IMG/VR virus record: IMGVR_UViG_2941446319_000002
Coordinates: 4,485 to 68,484 of that record
DNA length: 64,000 bases
Strand: one strand, 5' to 3'
Source of the DNA: a virus
Taxonomy: Duplodnaviria > Caudoviricetes
The notes below the pieces were generated by a model, which saw only the letters and a list, made by a program, of their open reading frames with translations, did no database searches and was not told where the DNA came from. This document shows positions 1 to 10,609 of this stretch, one piece after another (position 1 is the first letter of the stretch; every line of letters starts with the position of its first letter). Both the position numbers and the translations under genes were made by a program.

Positions 1-1254
1 TTGTAAACCATCATCGCGAACAGCCGGTCCGCGGTGAGGCCCTTGAGGCCCCTCTCTCCCAGGACCGCGGTACGGTAGATCTCGAACTCATTCCGGATGT
101 TGCGAATCAGGCGCATGTCAGTCAGACGCCCGCCAACCAGATTCACCAGCGCAGCCGAAGGCCGCTCATCCGATTCGGCGAACTCCGCCATCAACAGATC
201 CCTCGCCGACCGGTGCGTGATGAACGGAACCATCGGGACAACCAGGTCGAAAAACTTTGTCCTGTTCGCCGACGGGGCGGACTCCAGAGCGGACGCACGA
301 AGCGCTGCCGCATCGGCATCCGCATCGCCGTCCGGGGCGCCATCGACTCTGAGTTGCTCGAAGATACTGTCGCGGACCGCATACACGAACCGAACCGGCC
401 GTGACCTGATCTGCTCGGAGTTGTTCAAGACGGTGTTCAGTTCGCGTAGCGTCTCGAAGATGTGAGGGTCCCCGAACCGGTCCAGGTCCTCAAAAGATCG
501 CAACCTGGGTGCGCGTCTTCTGGAAGAAGTAGACGATCTCGTCGAGGTACTCATCAAAATACGAGTTTTCTTTGGCTCTCAGCGTGACGGCCGCTCCGCC
601 CGCGGAGACGCTCTCCACGCGCACTCGGCTTTGCAGAGCACGCAAACCAAGAAAGCAGATCATCCCCAGGAACACGCCGAGCCCAGCGACGATGACCCAC
701 GGAACCCAGTCATGACTGGTGACCATGGCCTGGGGTCCCACCTTCTTCACGCGCTCCACCAGCCCGAGCAGGACCGCGACCACAAAGGACCCTACAGCGG
801 CCAGGGCGCTCCAGACCGCAGCCCGCCAGGGCCTGAACGAGTCGATACGGAAGTACCTCGACCCCGGCATGTCCGCAGGGGCCTTCCGGTAGAGGAACTG
901 CTTGACGATCTCCTTCTGGATGAGGTTCGTCAGTGGAGCGGGGGTGGTGTCATCCTGGATGCGCGCCCGCTTCGTGTCGCCTACGCCCAGGCTCGACAGC
1001 GACAGGTTGACCCAGCTGATCTTCCGCTTATCCAGCTCCTCCTGGACACCGCGAATAACACTGCTCTTTCCGCTGCCGTAGTGCCCCGCGAGGGCGATAT
1101 TCCTCGCGGCGTTCGCCGACTTGTCGGTCAGAATCTTGAGGAGGACCGCCGCGTGCCGCCCATGCAGGTTTTTTTCATACGTGGGCCCGAGACTCCGCAG
1201 GACCGGCACGTCGGGCTGTGATGCGGGCTGCCGGGCCGGGAGCACTCGTGACAT
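1..1254 (-). pseudogene. YobI/KAP-family P-loop NTPase with two TM helices, frameshifted near 492-495 (or sequencing error); runs off the window
   Basis: Walker A NIALAGHYGSGKSS, TM segments, SYFDEYLDEIVYFF. ATC TTT TGA stop; removing one T gives IFEDLDRF..IFETLRELN..RTKFFDLVVP, open to position 1. Confidence 0.8.
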
Positions 1255-1736
1255 GGACGGAATCTTATGCCCGGGTTGCGCAGTTGGTGGGCACACGTGA
1301 TGCCGAATCCGGGGCATGAGCTGGGCGAACGTCGGCAGGGTCGGGAGGGGGCATGTGTCCAACACCCTGCCGACCGGTTTCGATCCCATGGGCTGGCTGG
1401 TGTGTGCCTCTCCTGCGTTGCCCGGCGCCGTTCATGACGCGACCGTCGTCTTGATCGACGTCTTAGCCGCCGCTCCACGTGATGACCTTCCCGGACAAGG
1501 CTTATTAGGGTGCGGCACGATCCGGGCGCCGTTCAAGCGGCGGCGACATCGTCCGGGCTGTCGCGTGGGCAAACCGTGCTCATGGGCAGCGTCCTCGGTA
1601 GCTGCTCCTTGCTTTGAACCACCAGAGACGGCAGACCGGCACCAAATCAGCGATCAAGGTGCCCAGGAGAACTCGTTTGAACCCGTCACGACCCCATGGA
1701 GGCGTTCAGAGCCACGGTCAAATGACGGTCAAACGA

Positions 1737-1776
1737 TCAAGGGCCTGATCGCTGTCTCCAGCGATCAGGCCCTTGA
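1737..1776 (-). terminator. Stem-loop downstream of the tRNA 3' fragment
   Basis: tcaagggcctgatcgctg-tctc-cagcgatcaggcccttga, perfect 18-bp stem. Confidence 0.7.
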
Positions 1777-1790
1777 CCTGCTACTGCACT

Positions 1791-1838
1791 GTCGGGGTGG
1801 CGGGATTTGAACCCACGACCTCTTCGTCCCGAACGAAG
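1791..1838 (-). tRNA. 3' half of tRNA-Pro(CGG) = prophage att core (not a full tRNA)
   Basis: Minus strand CTTCG-TTCGGGA-CGAAG anticodon arm, GGTTCAAATCC T-arm, GCCACCCCGAC 3' end; D-arm and 5' acceptor strand absent. Confidence 0.9.
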
Positions 1839-1893
1839 ACACCGCCGCAGGTCAGAACACCTGGTGGTGCGGTCTACCTGCGGAAACAGTCTC

Positions 1894-1950
1894 CTGGTGT
1901 CGGCTGATGTCGGCTGGTGTCGGTCAGTCGTGACGCACGGGTGACGCACG
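1894..1950. repeat. Putative Xis and integrase arm-binding repeats beside att
   Basis: Three tandem 10-mers ctg(g/a)tgtcgg at 1894-1923; gtgacgcacg at 1930-1939 and 1941-1950. Confidence 0.6.
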
Positions 1951-2054
1951 ATCAACGAAACCGGGGGCCGCTACAGAACGTGACCCCGCTCATGCCACAG
2001 CCCCGCCCCCGTCACAGCAACGGGAGGCGGGGCTGACGCGTGTCACGACCGGAA

Positions 2055-2657
2055 TCAGGACGGGCGGCCGAACTGATACACCTCGGCATCCGGCTTGTCA
2101 TTCCCCTTCGTCTCCAAAGCGCGAGCAGTATGCAGGGCGACGACCAGATGATGTCGCACGTAAGGCGACAGGCTGTCCATCTCCATGATGCGGCGCTCGT
2201 CCGGGTCGGCGTACAGGCTGCCCTCCGGCTCCTCGCCGAGCTCCTTCTCCCGCAGAACCGCCCGAAGGTCATCCGTCGACAGGCGGCGGGCCACCTGGAT
2301 GAGCGTGGCACGAAGCTCGTCGTCCGGCAGTAGTGACTCCTCCCGGCCGACCGTCCCCTGCGCTTGCATGGACAGCGACGGCAGGCCTCCCGGCTGCGGC
2401 GCCTCTTCAAGTTCGCCGCCGGCGAGCGCGCGGCCGATCGCGCCTGGCGCGAGCTGGTAGGCCTGCTCAAGAGTGGCGATGGTCGATGGGGTGAAGGTGT
2501 CTCGTTGTGCTGTCTCGATGTCGCGGATGAGCCCCAAGTTCAGGCTTGCCTCTTCGGCGAAAACCTTGCGGGTTGCGTAGCGGGGGTTGAGCCGGGCGCG
2601 CCTCTCGATGAGTAGGCGGCCTAGGCGTTCCCACGCTGGTCGCGTCTGGGCGTCCAC
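2055..2657 (-). CDS. Immunity repressor (XRE-type HTH)
   Basis: N-terminal HTH (RKVFAEEASLNLGLIRDIETAQR), divergent from cro-like gene, next to att. Confidence 0.8.
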   Translation of the reverse strand: MDAQTRPAWERLGRLLIERRARLNPRYATRKVFAEEASLNLGLIRDIETAQRDTFTPSTIATLEQAYQLAPGAIGRALAGGELEEAPQPGGLPSLSMQAQGTVGREESLLPDDELRATLIQVARRLSTDDLRAVLREKELGEEPEGSLYADPDERRIMEMDSLSPYVRHHLVVALHTARALETKGNDKPDAEVYQFGRPS

Positions 2658-2691
2658 CGTGACCCTTTCGTCAGGGAATGTCCCGTTTGGC

Positions 2692-2886
2692 TGTCATACG
2701 ACTAGCCCACATCTAACCGTAGCTGACGCAGGTTAACCCGTCTATGACCGGGGCTGACGTCTCCTGACTTCATTACTGCCTCACAAGCCCCTGTCATTGT
2801 CAGTTGCAGCGGTCCAAACTCAGATCGCATCAGATGGACTGACCAAAACGCTTGTCATATGACTTCATCTGAGCCAGACTGCGGGC
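2692..2886 (+). promoter_or_regulatory. Lytic promoter (leaderless) and putative operators
   Basis: TTGTCA (2852-57), 17 bp, CAGACT (2875-80), 6 bp, ATG; tgtcatatgact over the -35 and near-copy tgtcatacgact at 2692-2703. Confidence 0.6.
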
Positions 2887-3108
2887 ATGGCTCTTCAAAA
2901 CGGCCCCGCAATCCGGGCTATCCGGCGAAGCGCAGGCCGCACCCAAGTGGACATCGCAGAAGCCGCGGGGATCGACCAGAGCTACCTGTCCCTGCTCGAA
3001 AGCGAGAACCGCACCGCATCCCCCGACGTCATCAAGGCGATCGCCGACGCGCTCGGCGTCCCCGCCGAAATCCTCCACCGCCCCGACCGCGAGCAGCAGG
3101 TCGCCTGA
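2887..3108 (+). CDS. Cro-like XRE HTH protein
   Basis: TQVDIAEAAGIDQSYLSLLESENR. Confidence 0.88.
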   Translation: MALQNGPAIRAIRRSAGRTQVDIAEAAGIDQSYLSLLESENRTASPDVIKAIADALGVPAEILHRPDREQQVA

Positions 3109-3332
3109 TGGCCGCCCGCAGGAACGCTCCAAAGGCGCCGCTGCTGCACACCATCCTCGAAACCGCCGAGCTGCTCCGCTGCGGCAGAGACAAGGTCTAC
3201 GAGCTGATCGTCGACGGCGACCTCGAAGCCGTCGACATCGCCCGCAAGGGCAGCAAGCGCACCCACCTGCGCGTACCAGACGCCTCAATTCAGGCGTACA
3301 TCGCCAAGCTGCCCCGCGTACTCACCCCATGA
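3108..3332 (+). CDS. Excisionase-like HTH protein
   Basis: TGATG coupling; LHTILETAELLRCGRDKVYELIVDGDLEAV. Confidence 0.8.
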   Translation: MAARRNAPKAPLLHTILETAELLRCGRDKVYELIVDGDLEAVDIARKGSKRTHLRVPDASIQAYIAKLPRVLTP

Positions 3333-3405
3333 CATGCAGCAGGGCCCGGCCACGCCCGGCCAGGCCCCGCAACGAACGCATCCACCACAACCAAAGGACG
3401 CGACC

Positions 3406-3966
3406 GTGACCACCATCCTCGCAGAACCGACCACCACCGTCACCAGCGTGCCCGGCGTGCTGTACGCCGCCGCCGACCACCTGCAGACGCTCCGGCACGC
3501 CCGCGTCGGCAGCCTCGAAATCCACCAGGCGCTCCACGCCGCCGGCACCACCGTCGAGCAGGCGCAGGACGCCCTCAACGCGCTGCACGCCCGCATGCCA
3601 GCCCGGTACGGCCTCAACCGGACGGTGTGGCGTCTCCACCGCGACGAGGCGGCCTCGCTGCTCCGCCGGGCCGCCGACATGATGCACCCTCCCGCCGTCC
3701 GTGCGGCCCGCGTCGCGGCGGTGCTGCGGACCGCCGCCCGGTATGTCGCCCAGCCGGTCAACGCCTCCCTGCCGGACGCGCTCCGCACCGTCACGCGGGA
3801 TGAGCTGCTGGTGGGGGAGGCGGTTGAGGCGCTGGCCCGCCGTCTGCGTTGCCACCCGCGCGACGTGTCGATGTGGGATCGCAGGCGCACCCGCGCGCAG
3901 GTGGGTGCCGCGCTGGCTGACGCCGCCCTGCTGGTGGAGCACGACGCTGCGGCGGTGACCCGATGA
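3406..3966 (+). CDS. Hypothetical protein, DUF6197-like
   Basis: SD aaagga; repeated VL.AA motifs; WDRRRTRAQVGAALADAA C-terminus. Confidence 0.6.
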   Translation: MTTILAEPTTTVTSVPGVLYAAADHLQTLRHARVGSLEIHQALHAAGTTVEQAQDALNALHARMPARYGLNRTVWRLHRDEAASLLRRAADMMHPPAVRAARVAAVLRTAARYVAQPVNASLPDALRTVTRDELLVGEAVEALARRLRCHPRDVSMWDRRRTRAQVGAALADAALLVEHDAAAVTR

Positions 3967-4331
3967 CCGCGAAGGAATACATCATCCGGGCCACGCACGA
4001 CTACGAGTACAAGGTCACGGCCGAGAGCGCCGACGAAGCCGCGCAGATGATGAGCGACGGCGAGAACATCGGCCCCGGCAACTGCGTCGGCTACGGGATC
4101 GAAGCGGTGGTCTCCGCCGACAAAGCTGGCTACTACTGGGACTTCGACCAGGACGAACGCGCCATGTGCGGGGAGTGCGGCCACCTGCTCTACGACGGGC
4201 ACACAGGTCGCCGCTACTACGACCGCAAGGCGCGGTCGAGCAAGTGGCCGAACGCGTGCGACGAGTACGGATGCGACTGCCTCAACGGCGCTGAGCCGGT
4301 CACCGAGCAGCCTGCGGCGGTGTCCTCCTGA
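3963..4331 (+). CDS. Hypothetical protein with Cys motifs
   Basis: ATGA coupling; CGECGH..CDEYGCDC. Confidence 0.7.
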   Translation: MTAKEYIIRATHDYEYKVTAESADEAAQMMSDGENIGPGNCVGYGIEAVVSADKAGYYWDFDQDERAMCGECGHLLYDGHTGRRYYDRKARSSKWPNACDEYGCDCLNGAEPVTEQPAAVSS

Positions 4332-4612
4332 TGTCCACCGCCAACATCCTGCGCCGAGCCGCCGACCTCATCGAGAGGGGCGAGAGCGGCACCCCCGCCT
4401 CCGCGTTGATGTCCGCCGTCTACGACGTGACCGACAGGTGGGACCACCAGCTCTTCGACAAGGCCCGCCTCGCGCTGGCCACCCACCTCAACTACGCGAC
4501 CGACCGCGACCCCAGCCGCGACCTGCGCCGCTGGTCGCAGCTCCGCACCCCCGCCCAGATGGCCACCCAGATGCGCGCCGCCGCCGACGCGTCCGAAAGA
4601 GGTGCCCCGTGA
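4331..4612 (+). CDS. Hypothetical protein, DUF6197-like
   Basis: ANILRRAADLIERG...RTPAQMATQMRAAA. Confidence 0.65.
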   Translation: MSTANILRRAADLIERGESGTPASALMSAVYDVTDRWDHQLFDKARLALATHLNYATDRDPSRDLRRWSQLRTPAQMATQMRAAADASERGAP

Positions 4613-6114
4613 TCGCCCTCGACCTGCACGCCGACCTGCTCGTCTCCGCACCCGAATGGGAAGACGGGCAGCCCGTCCGCATCCTCCACACCCACCCCGC
4701 ACTCGACGGCGTCGCCGTCCGCTACCAGGACGTGCACGCCCACCACCACGCCCACGACGTCGTCGTCGAGGTCGGCTTTCACCTCGACCTCATCTCCGGC
4801 GGATACGGCAGGGCCGCCTGATGACTGGACCCGAGCACTACCAACGAGCCGAGAACCTCCTCAGGGACCTGACCAAAGCCGAATGCAGCATGAGCGGCCG
4901 TACGGACCAGGTCGCCATGGAGCGGACGCTGGCGAAGGCCCAGGTACACGCGACGCTCGCCCTGGCCGCCGCCACCGCGCTCAACGACTACCCAGAAGGC
5001 GCCCCGATCGCTGACATCAGGGCATGGCGGGCAACTGCGGGCACGCCCGAGGAGGGCACCCGATGACCCGCCCCTGCCAGGTGGGCCGGTGCAACCGGCA
5101 CGACGCCACCCGCCGCCCCGGCGCCGTCTACGCCTGCACGCGCTGCTGGGCCGTGGTCGAGCGGCTCGCCGCCCAGCACCTCGCAGCCAGCACGGGAGGC
5201 AGGTCGTGAAGGCCACACCGAAGAAGCCCGCCAGCAGCAAGCCCGACCTGCCGTGGCTCGACCCCACCACCACCAACACCCGCGTCTGCTCCTGCGGCGC
5301 ACCCAACTGGGGCACCGCCACCACCTGCCGCAAGGGGTGCACATGAGCCGGCCCCGCACAACATGCCCCGTCTGCGGCCGCAACATCGTCAAGCGCAAGA
5401 ACGGCAGCCCCGTCTCGCACTACCCGCCGCCCGGGCGCAGCGACCTCGCATGCGGGGACGACCCGCGCGCCCACTGCCGTGGCAGCCACCCGCAGGAGAC
5501 AGCCCGGCCGAGCGTGCGCGGCGGCGCGCAGCTCACCCCCAACGACGAGGACACCTACCGCGAGGAGCAGAACGACCGTGACTGACCACAAGGTAGACGT
5601 CCACATCGCCCGGCTGCAGCCCGGCACCCTCGTCGACGTCGTCATCAAGGGCGTCGAATTCGCCTACGAGCGCACCATCGACCACAGCACCGGCACCTTC
5701 TCCATCCGTGATGAGCACGGCCGCCGATACATCATGCCGCCCCAAGCCGCCATCACCCGGGCGGGCGAGGCCAGCACCGACGACCGCATCGCCGCTGCCC
5801 TCAGGGTGCTCGACGCGATGGAGTACGACGGCCGGCTACAGCCGTATGTCGCCGCCGCCGTCCGCAAGGAGGTCGGCCTTCCACCGAGGCACTGGCCGCC
5901 GCAGCCTGGCGACGTCTGGGACGACGGGTTTCCGTCCGGCTTCATCGCCTCCCAGTGGTTCGCCCAGGCCATCACACGGAACGGCGGACCCGCCGAGATC
6001 GTGATGGTGCCGGTCGAACGCGGCCCGGAGGACGCGGAGGTGAAGACGCCCGAGGAGCTCATGGCGGACGCCATCGAGCTCACGCTGGTCTACCGCAAGG
6101 ACGGCGGCCAGTGA
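4609..6114 (+). CDS. Run of six coupled small early genes (4609-4821, 4821-5066, 5063-5209, 5206-5346, 5343-5585, 5578-6114)
   Basis: Overlapping start/stop codons, SD motifs, several CxxC pairs. Confidence 0.65.
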
Positions 6115-6977
6115 CCGCCCTCGCCGACGCACCCGCCATCGTCCCCGGCGTCTACGACATCCCCGAGGCCGACTACCACCGCGACCCCGTCCCTGGCCGC
6201 TCGCTGTCCAGCTCGGGCGCGCGGAAGCTCCTGCCGCCGTCCTGCCCCGCCAGGTTCCGGTGGGAGCAGCTCAACCCGCCTGGCCCCAAGAAGACGTTCG
6301 AGATCGGGAGCGCCGCGCACAAGCTCGTGCTCGGCGCCGGCCCCGACCTCGTACTTGTGGACAAGGCGCGGTGGGACGACAAGGAGACCAAAGCCGAGGT
6401 CGCCGACATCCGCGCACGCGGCGGCATCCCGCTCAAGCGCACGGAGTGGGACATGGTCCACGGCATGGCGGCAGCTCTGCGCCGTCACACCGACGCCCGC
6501 ACCCTGCTGTCACCCGACCGCGGCGACCCGGAGCAGACCCTGCTCTGGCCGGACCGGGAGACAGGCGTGTGGCGGCGGGCGCTGCTCGACCACCTCCCGC
6601 ACAACACCAGCCGGCGCATGGTCATCGCCGACTACAAGACGACGACCAGCGCCAACAAAGCCGCCATTACCAAGGCGATCTTCAACTACGGCTACCACAT
6701 CCAACTCGACTGGTACCGCGACGGAATCGCGTCGCTCGGCATCGACGGAGACCCGGCCATGTGCCTCGTCTTCCAGGAGAAAGAGCCGCCCTACCTGGTC
6801 AACATCGTCCAGCTCGACCGCGAAAGCCTCCAGCTCGGACGCGAACTCAACCGGCGAGCCATCGACCTCTACGCCGCCTGCGCCGCCACCGACACGTGGC
6901 CCGGCTACAGCAACAAGATCACCCTCATCGAAACGCCGCCGTGGGCGGCCACCGCGCTCTACGAGGAGTCCATGTGA
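6111..6977 (+). CDS. RecE-like PD-(D/E)XK exonuclease
   Basis: YH..LSSSGARKLL, GSAAHKLVL, RALLD, IADYKTT, YGYHIQ..WY. Confidence 0.88.
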   Translation: MTALADAPAIVPGVYDIPEADYHRDPVPGRSLSSSGARKLLPPSCPARFRWEQLNPPGPKKTFEIGSAAHKLVLGAGPDLVLVDKARWDDKETKAEVADIRARGGIPLKRTEWDMVHGMAAALRRHTDARTLLSPDRGDPEQTLLWPDRETGVWRRALLDHLPHNTSRRMVIADYKTTTSANKAAITKAIFNYGYHIQLDWYRDGIASLGIDGDPAMCLVFQEKEPPYLVNIVQLDRESLQLGRELNRRAIDLYAACAATDTWPGYSNKITLIETPPWAATALYEESM

Positions 6978-8320
6978 GCAGCCCCAACACGCCCGCCACC
7001 ATCAACCTGCCCGCCCCGTCGCGCGTCGGCCAGGCCACCGCCGTCGAGCAGTCCCGCGCCGTCGCGGAAGTGCACGCCGCCATGGTGATGGCCCAGCAGG
7101 TGCCGCGCAATCTCGACCGCGCCGTGGCCGAGATGGAGCGGTCCTGCCGCCAGATGGAGATGGCGTCGCGGGCGTTCTACTCCTTCCCCCGAGCCGGGGG
7201 AACCGTGAACGGGCCGTCCATCCACCTCGCCCGCGAACTCGCCCGCTGCTGGGGCAACATCCAGCACGGCCTGCACGAGATGCGCCGCGACGACGAAGGC
7301 CACCAGTCCGAGATGCAGGCCTTCGCCTGGGACATCCAGACGAACACCCGCATCGCCCACACGTTCATCGTCCCGCACAAGCGCGACGCCCGCGGCAGTG
7401 CTCAGGTCCTCACCGACATGCGCGACATCTACGAGAACAACGCCAACAACGGCAGCCGGCGCGTCCGTGAGGCCATCTTCGCCGTCCTCCCGCCCTGGTT
7501 CGTCGAGCGCGCCAAAGAGCTGTGCAACGAAACCATCGCCGCAGGCCGCCAAGGGGAGACGCTGCCGCAGCGCATCGACGAGGCCATCAAGGCATTCGCC
7601 GGCGGCGGCATCACCCAGGACCAGCTAGAGCGCAAGCAGGGCAAGCCCGCGACGGCGTGGACCGCGCACGACGTCGCACAGCTCGAAGTGCTCTTCAAAA
7701 GCCTGCGCCGCGGCGAGGTCACCCGCGACGAGGCGTTCCCGGCCAGCGAGCAGCCGGTCACGGTCGCCGAGATCGCCACCCCCACACCGCCCGCACCGCA
7801 GCAGCCGGAAGCCCAAGACGCCCCGGCCGCCGAGCAGCCGCAGGTTCCGGCTCAGGCCGCCCACCCCGACCGGCTCCGCGAGATGAACATCCTGTTCACC
7901 GACACCGGCATCACCACCCACACCGGCAAGGGCTCCACCGCCGCCAACGACGCCGCGCGCTTCGCGTGGATCGCCGAACACCTCGGCGTAACGGTGACCT
8001 CAACGAAGGACCTGACCGCCGACCAAGCGGACCAGGCCATCACCCGGCTCACCGCAGCCAAGGTCGAGGCCGCCCAGCGCCGGACGGAAACCGAGCGGCA
8101 CATCGGCGAACTGTTCGACGGACTCACCCCCGCCCTGTCCGGCGCCGAACGACTGCACGACCTGGGCCGGCTGTTCGGCCGGGAGATCGGCGCGCCGCGC
8201 GACCTCACCAACGTCGAGGTGGACGACCTCGCCGAGCTCCTCACCGACTGCCAGGGCCAGACCGCCGCATGGGATGTCGCCGTCACAGCCGCCGAAGCAG
8301 CGCGGCGACAGGTGGTGTGA
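6974..8320 (+). CDS. Putative ssDNA-annealing recombination protein
   Basis: Directly after RecE-like gene; YSFPRAGGTVNGPSIHLARELARCWGNI conserved-looking core; helical C-terminus. Confidence 0.65.
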   Translation: MSSPNTPATINLPAPSRVGQATAVEQSRAVAEVHAAMVMAQQVPRNLDRAVAEMERSCRQMEMASRAFYSFPRAGGTVNGPSIHLARELARCWGNIQHGLHEMRRDDEGHQSEMQAFAWDIQTNTRIAHTFIVPHKRDARGSAQVLTDMRDIYENNANNGSRRVREAIFAVLPPWFVERAKELCNETIAAGRQGETLPQRIDEAIKAFAGGGITQDQLERKQGKPATAWTAHDVAQLEVLFKSLRRGEVTRDEAFPASEQPVTVAEIATPTPPAPQQPEAQDAPAAEQPQVPAQAAHPDRLREMNILFTDTGITTHTGKGSTAANDAARFAWIAEHLGVTVTSTKDLTADQADQAITRLTAAKVEAAQRRTETERHIGELFDGLTPALSGAERLHDLGRLFGREIGAPRDLTNVEVDDLAELLTDCQGQTAAWDVAVTAAEAARRQVV

Positions 8321-8321
8321 G

Positions 8322-10557
8322 ATGGGCCGCCACCGCACCGCCACACCCGTATACCCCGGCCTCATCCGCCGGACCTGGCGCCGCCTCCCAAAGCCGTTCC
8401 GCGCCCGCGTCTGGGAGCGGCGGCAACGCTGGCGCGCCTGGCTCGACCGCCGGCACACCCCCGCCGGGGAGTGGGACGCCCACCTGCCCAAAGACGCATC
8501 CAACTGGGCCGACGACTGGCTGTGGGGGTCAGTCGGTGTAGCTGCCGCCCTCCGCACCCGCCGCCAACAGCGCGGCGACCTCCTCCCACCACACCACCGC
8601 AACCCTCCGAAGGGGACGCCGTGACACCGACCCTCACCTCGGACGGGCACCTCGACTGCGACCTGTGCCCGGCCCGCTACGACCACACCATCGTCGTCGA
8701 CCACCCCGAGTTGACCCCCCGCCAGCAGCTGCGGCAGGCCGCAGTCCGCGCCGGCTGGAAGCAGACCTCGGCCGGGCTGGACGTGTGCCCGGACTGCGGC
8801 GACGGCGAGGCGGCGATCCTCATCCCGGGCTGGGCGATGTTCTGGACGCCGGAGCACGCCGTCGTGCCGCTGGTGTCGCCGGATTTGGAGGCGGCGGCCG
8901 CCGTCCTGGCCGCCCTGCTGGATCCGGAGGCGACGGTCGTCATGCCCGCCCTGGTGAAGCACAAGGCCGCAGCATGACGCCTCCCGCCGCCCCTGCCCCG
9001 GGTGGCCCTCCTCAGGCCGTACAGGCCCAGCCACACACCTCGAAGGACACAGCCATGACCATCACCAACGAGCGCCTCGCCGAGATCCGCGACCTCAACG
9101 TGGACTCCTGCTCCGCCGACGCCCCGCACAACCCTGACGTGTGGGCACTGGAGTCCGCGCGCAAGGACCTCCTCGCCGAGGTGGATCGGCTCCACGGCCA
9201 GCGGGACCGGCTGCTCGCCCTGCACGAGTACGACGAACTCATCTTCGGCGGCTTCATCTGCACCCACTGCACGCCCGACGACACGGACGACCCCGACGAC
9301 AACGTGTACTGGCCGTGCCCGTCGCTGCTCGCCGTCGGCGTGGACAACGACGAGGGCAACACCATCATCCGCGCCCGCCGCGCCGAGATCGCCCGCAAGG
9401 CCGCCCAGGAAGCGGGCGCGTGATGACCGTCACCGCGCTCAACCTGGCAGCCAGGCCCGTCCTCCTCCGAGCCGCCAACCGGATCGTCGAAACCGGGCTC
9501 GCCCACAACGACTACACCACCCCCGCCCTCAACCCAGACCCCGACACCTGGCCCGTCGACCCGATGGGCGCCATCGCCGACGCCTGCGGACTCCCAGCCC
9601 GCGCCTGGGAAGACGACCGCATGCACCACCCCGCGCTCGTGCACGCCTGCGAAGCCGCCGACCTGCTCGTCACCCACCTCGGCCTCGACCCGGCCAAGGC
9701 CTACGACGAAACACTCGGCGCCTGGTCCGACGAGCACACCGTCGAACACGTGGTCACCGCCATGCGCAACGCCGCCCGAGAGGAGACCACGTCATGAACG
9801 AACGCGACCTCACCGTCTACCGCACCACCAACGCCGACGTACTCAAGCGCTGGCATGAGACGGCCAAGGCCCGCGAGGCGTGGGGCGAGCAGATGAAGGC
9901 GTTCCTCGCCGAGCACGGCTTCGGCAAGCGCCAGGTCTGGACGATCAACATCACCGGCTACATCGCAGGCATCGAGCACGACGACGGCGACGTGCCGGAA
10001 GGGTGGCGCATCGACCGGTACGGCCGTCTCGTACCCCGGCGTAGCACCAAGGCGGGCAAGGCGATCGCCGCCAAGCTCGACGCTCTGCGCCAGCCCGACC
10101 CGCGCGCCAGCCTGCCCGGCATGCCGGGCGAGTGCCTCGTCAGCCTCGCCCTGCTCACCTGCGGGCTACGGGTCATCGACGACGCCCTGTTCGCAACGTG
10201 GAGTCAACCGATCCCCGAAGAGCGGGTGGACCTGGACATCTGGGAGCGGATCAAGCTCTCGGAGTATTACGCGGCGATCGAAGCCGACGACGAGCAGGCG
10301 GAGGCGACGCTGTGACGCCGCTCGCAATCACCGCCGCCACCGTCTGCCTCGCAGCAGCCGCCATCGCCGCCGCCAAACTCGCCAGGCCCGCACTCCTCCA
10401 CCGCAAAGCCCTCCGGCTCGACCGGCAGGTACGGGCCGCCAAACGGCAGCAGATCAGGATCAACGTCGCAGGACGGCTCGCCGCCGACAGCGACGCCTGG
10501 CAGCGCTTCCTCGCCTCGCATGAAGAACTCCGGCCCGACCGGCACGGCGGCAACTGA
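8322..10557 (+). CDS. Run of small hypothetical genes (8322-8624, 8621-8977, 9055-9423, 9423-9797 DUF6197-like, 9794-10315, 10312-10557)
   Basis: Coupled starts/stops, SD motifs, high GC3 frames. Confidence 0.65.
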
Positions 10558-10609
10558 TGCGCCACCTCGCACCGCCGGCCACGCCCGCCACCAGCCAGCA
10601 GGAGACCCG

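Noticed and set aside
1791-1870. Complete tRNA-Pro gene
   Set aside because: Sequence 5' of the anticodon stem has no D-arm or acceptor strand; only the att fragment is present
1838-2055. attP inside the repressor gene (integration-dependent immunity)
   Set aside because: Repressor stop at 2055 lies more than 200 bp from the att core
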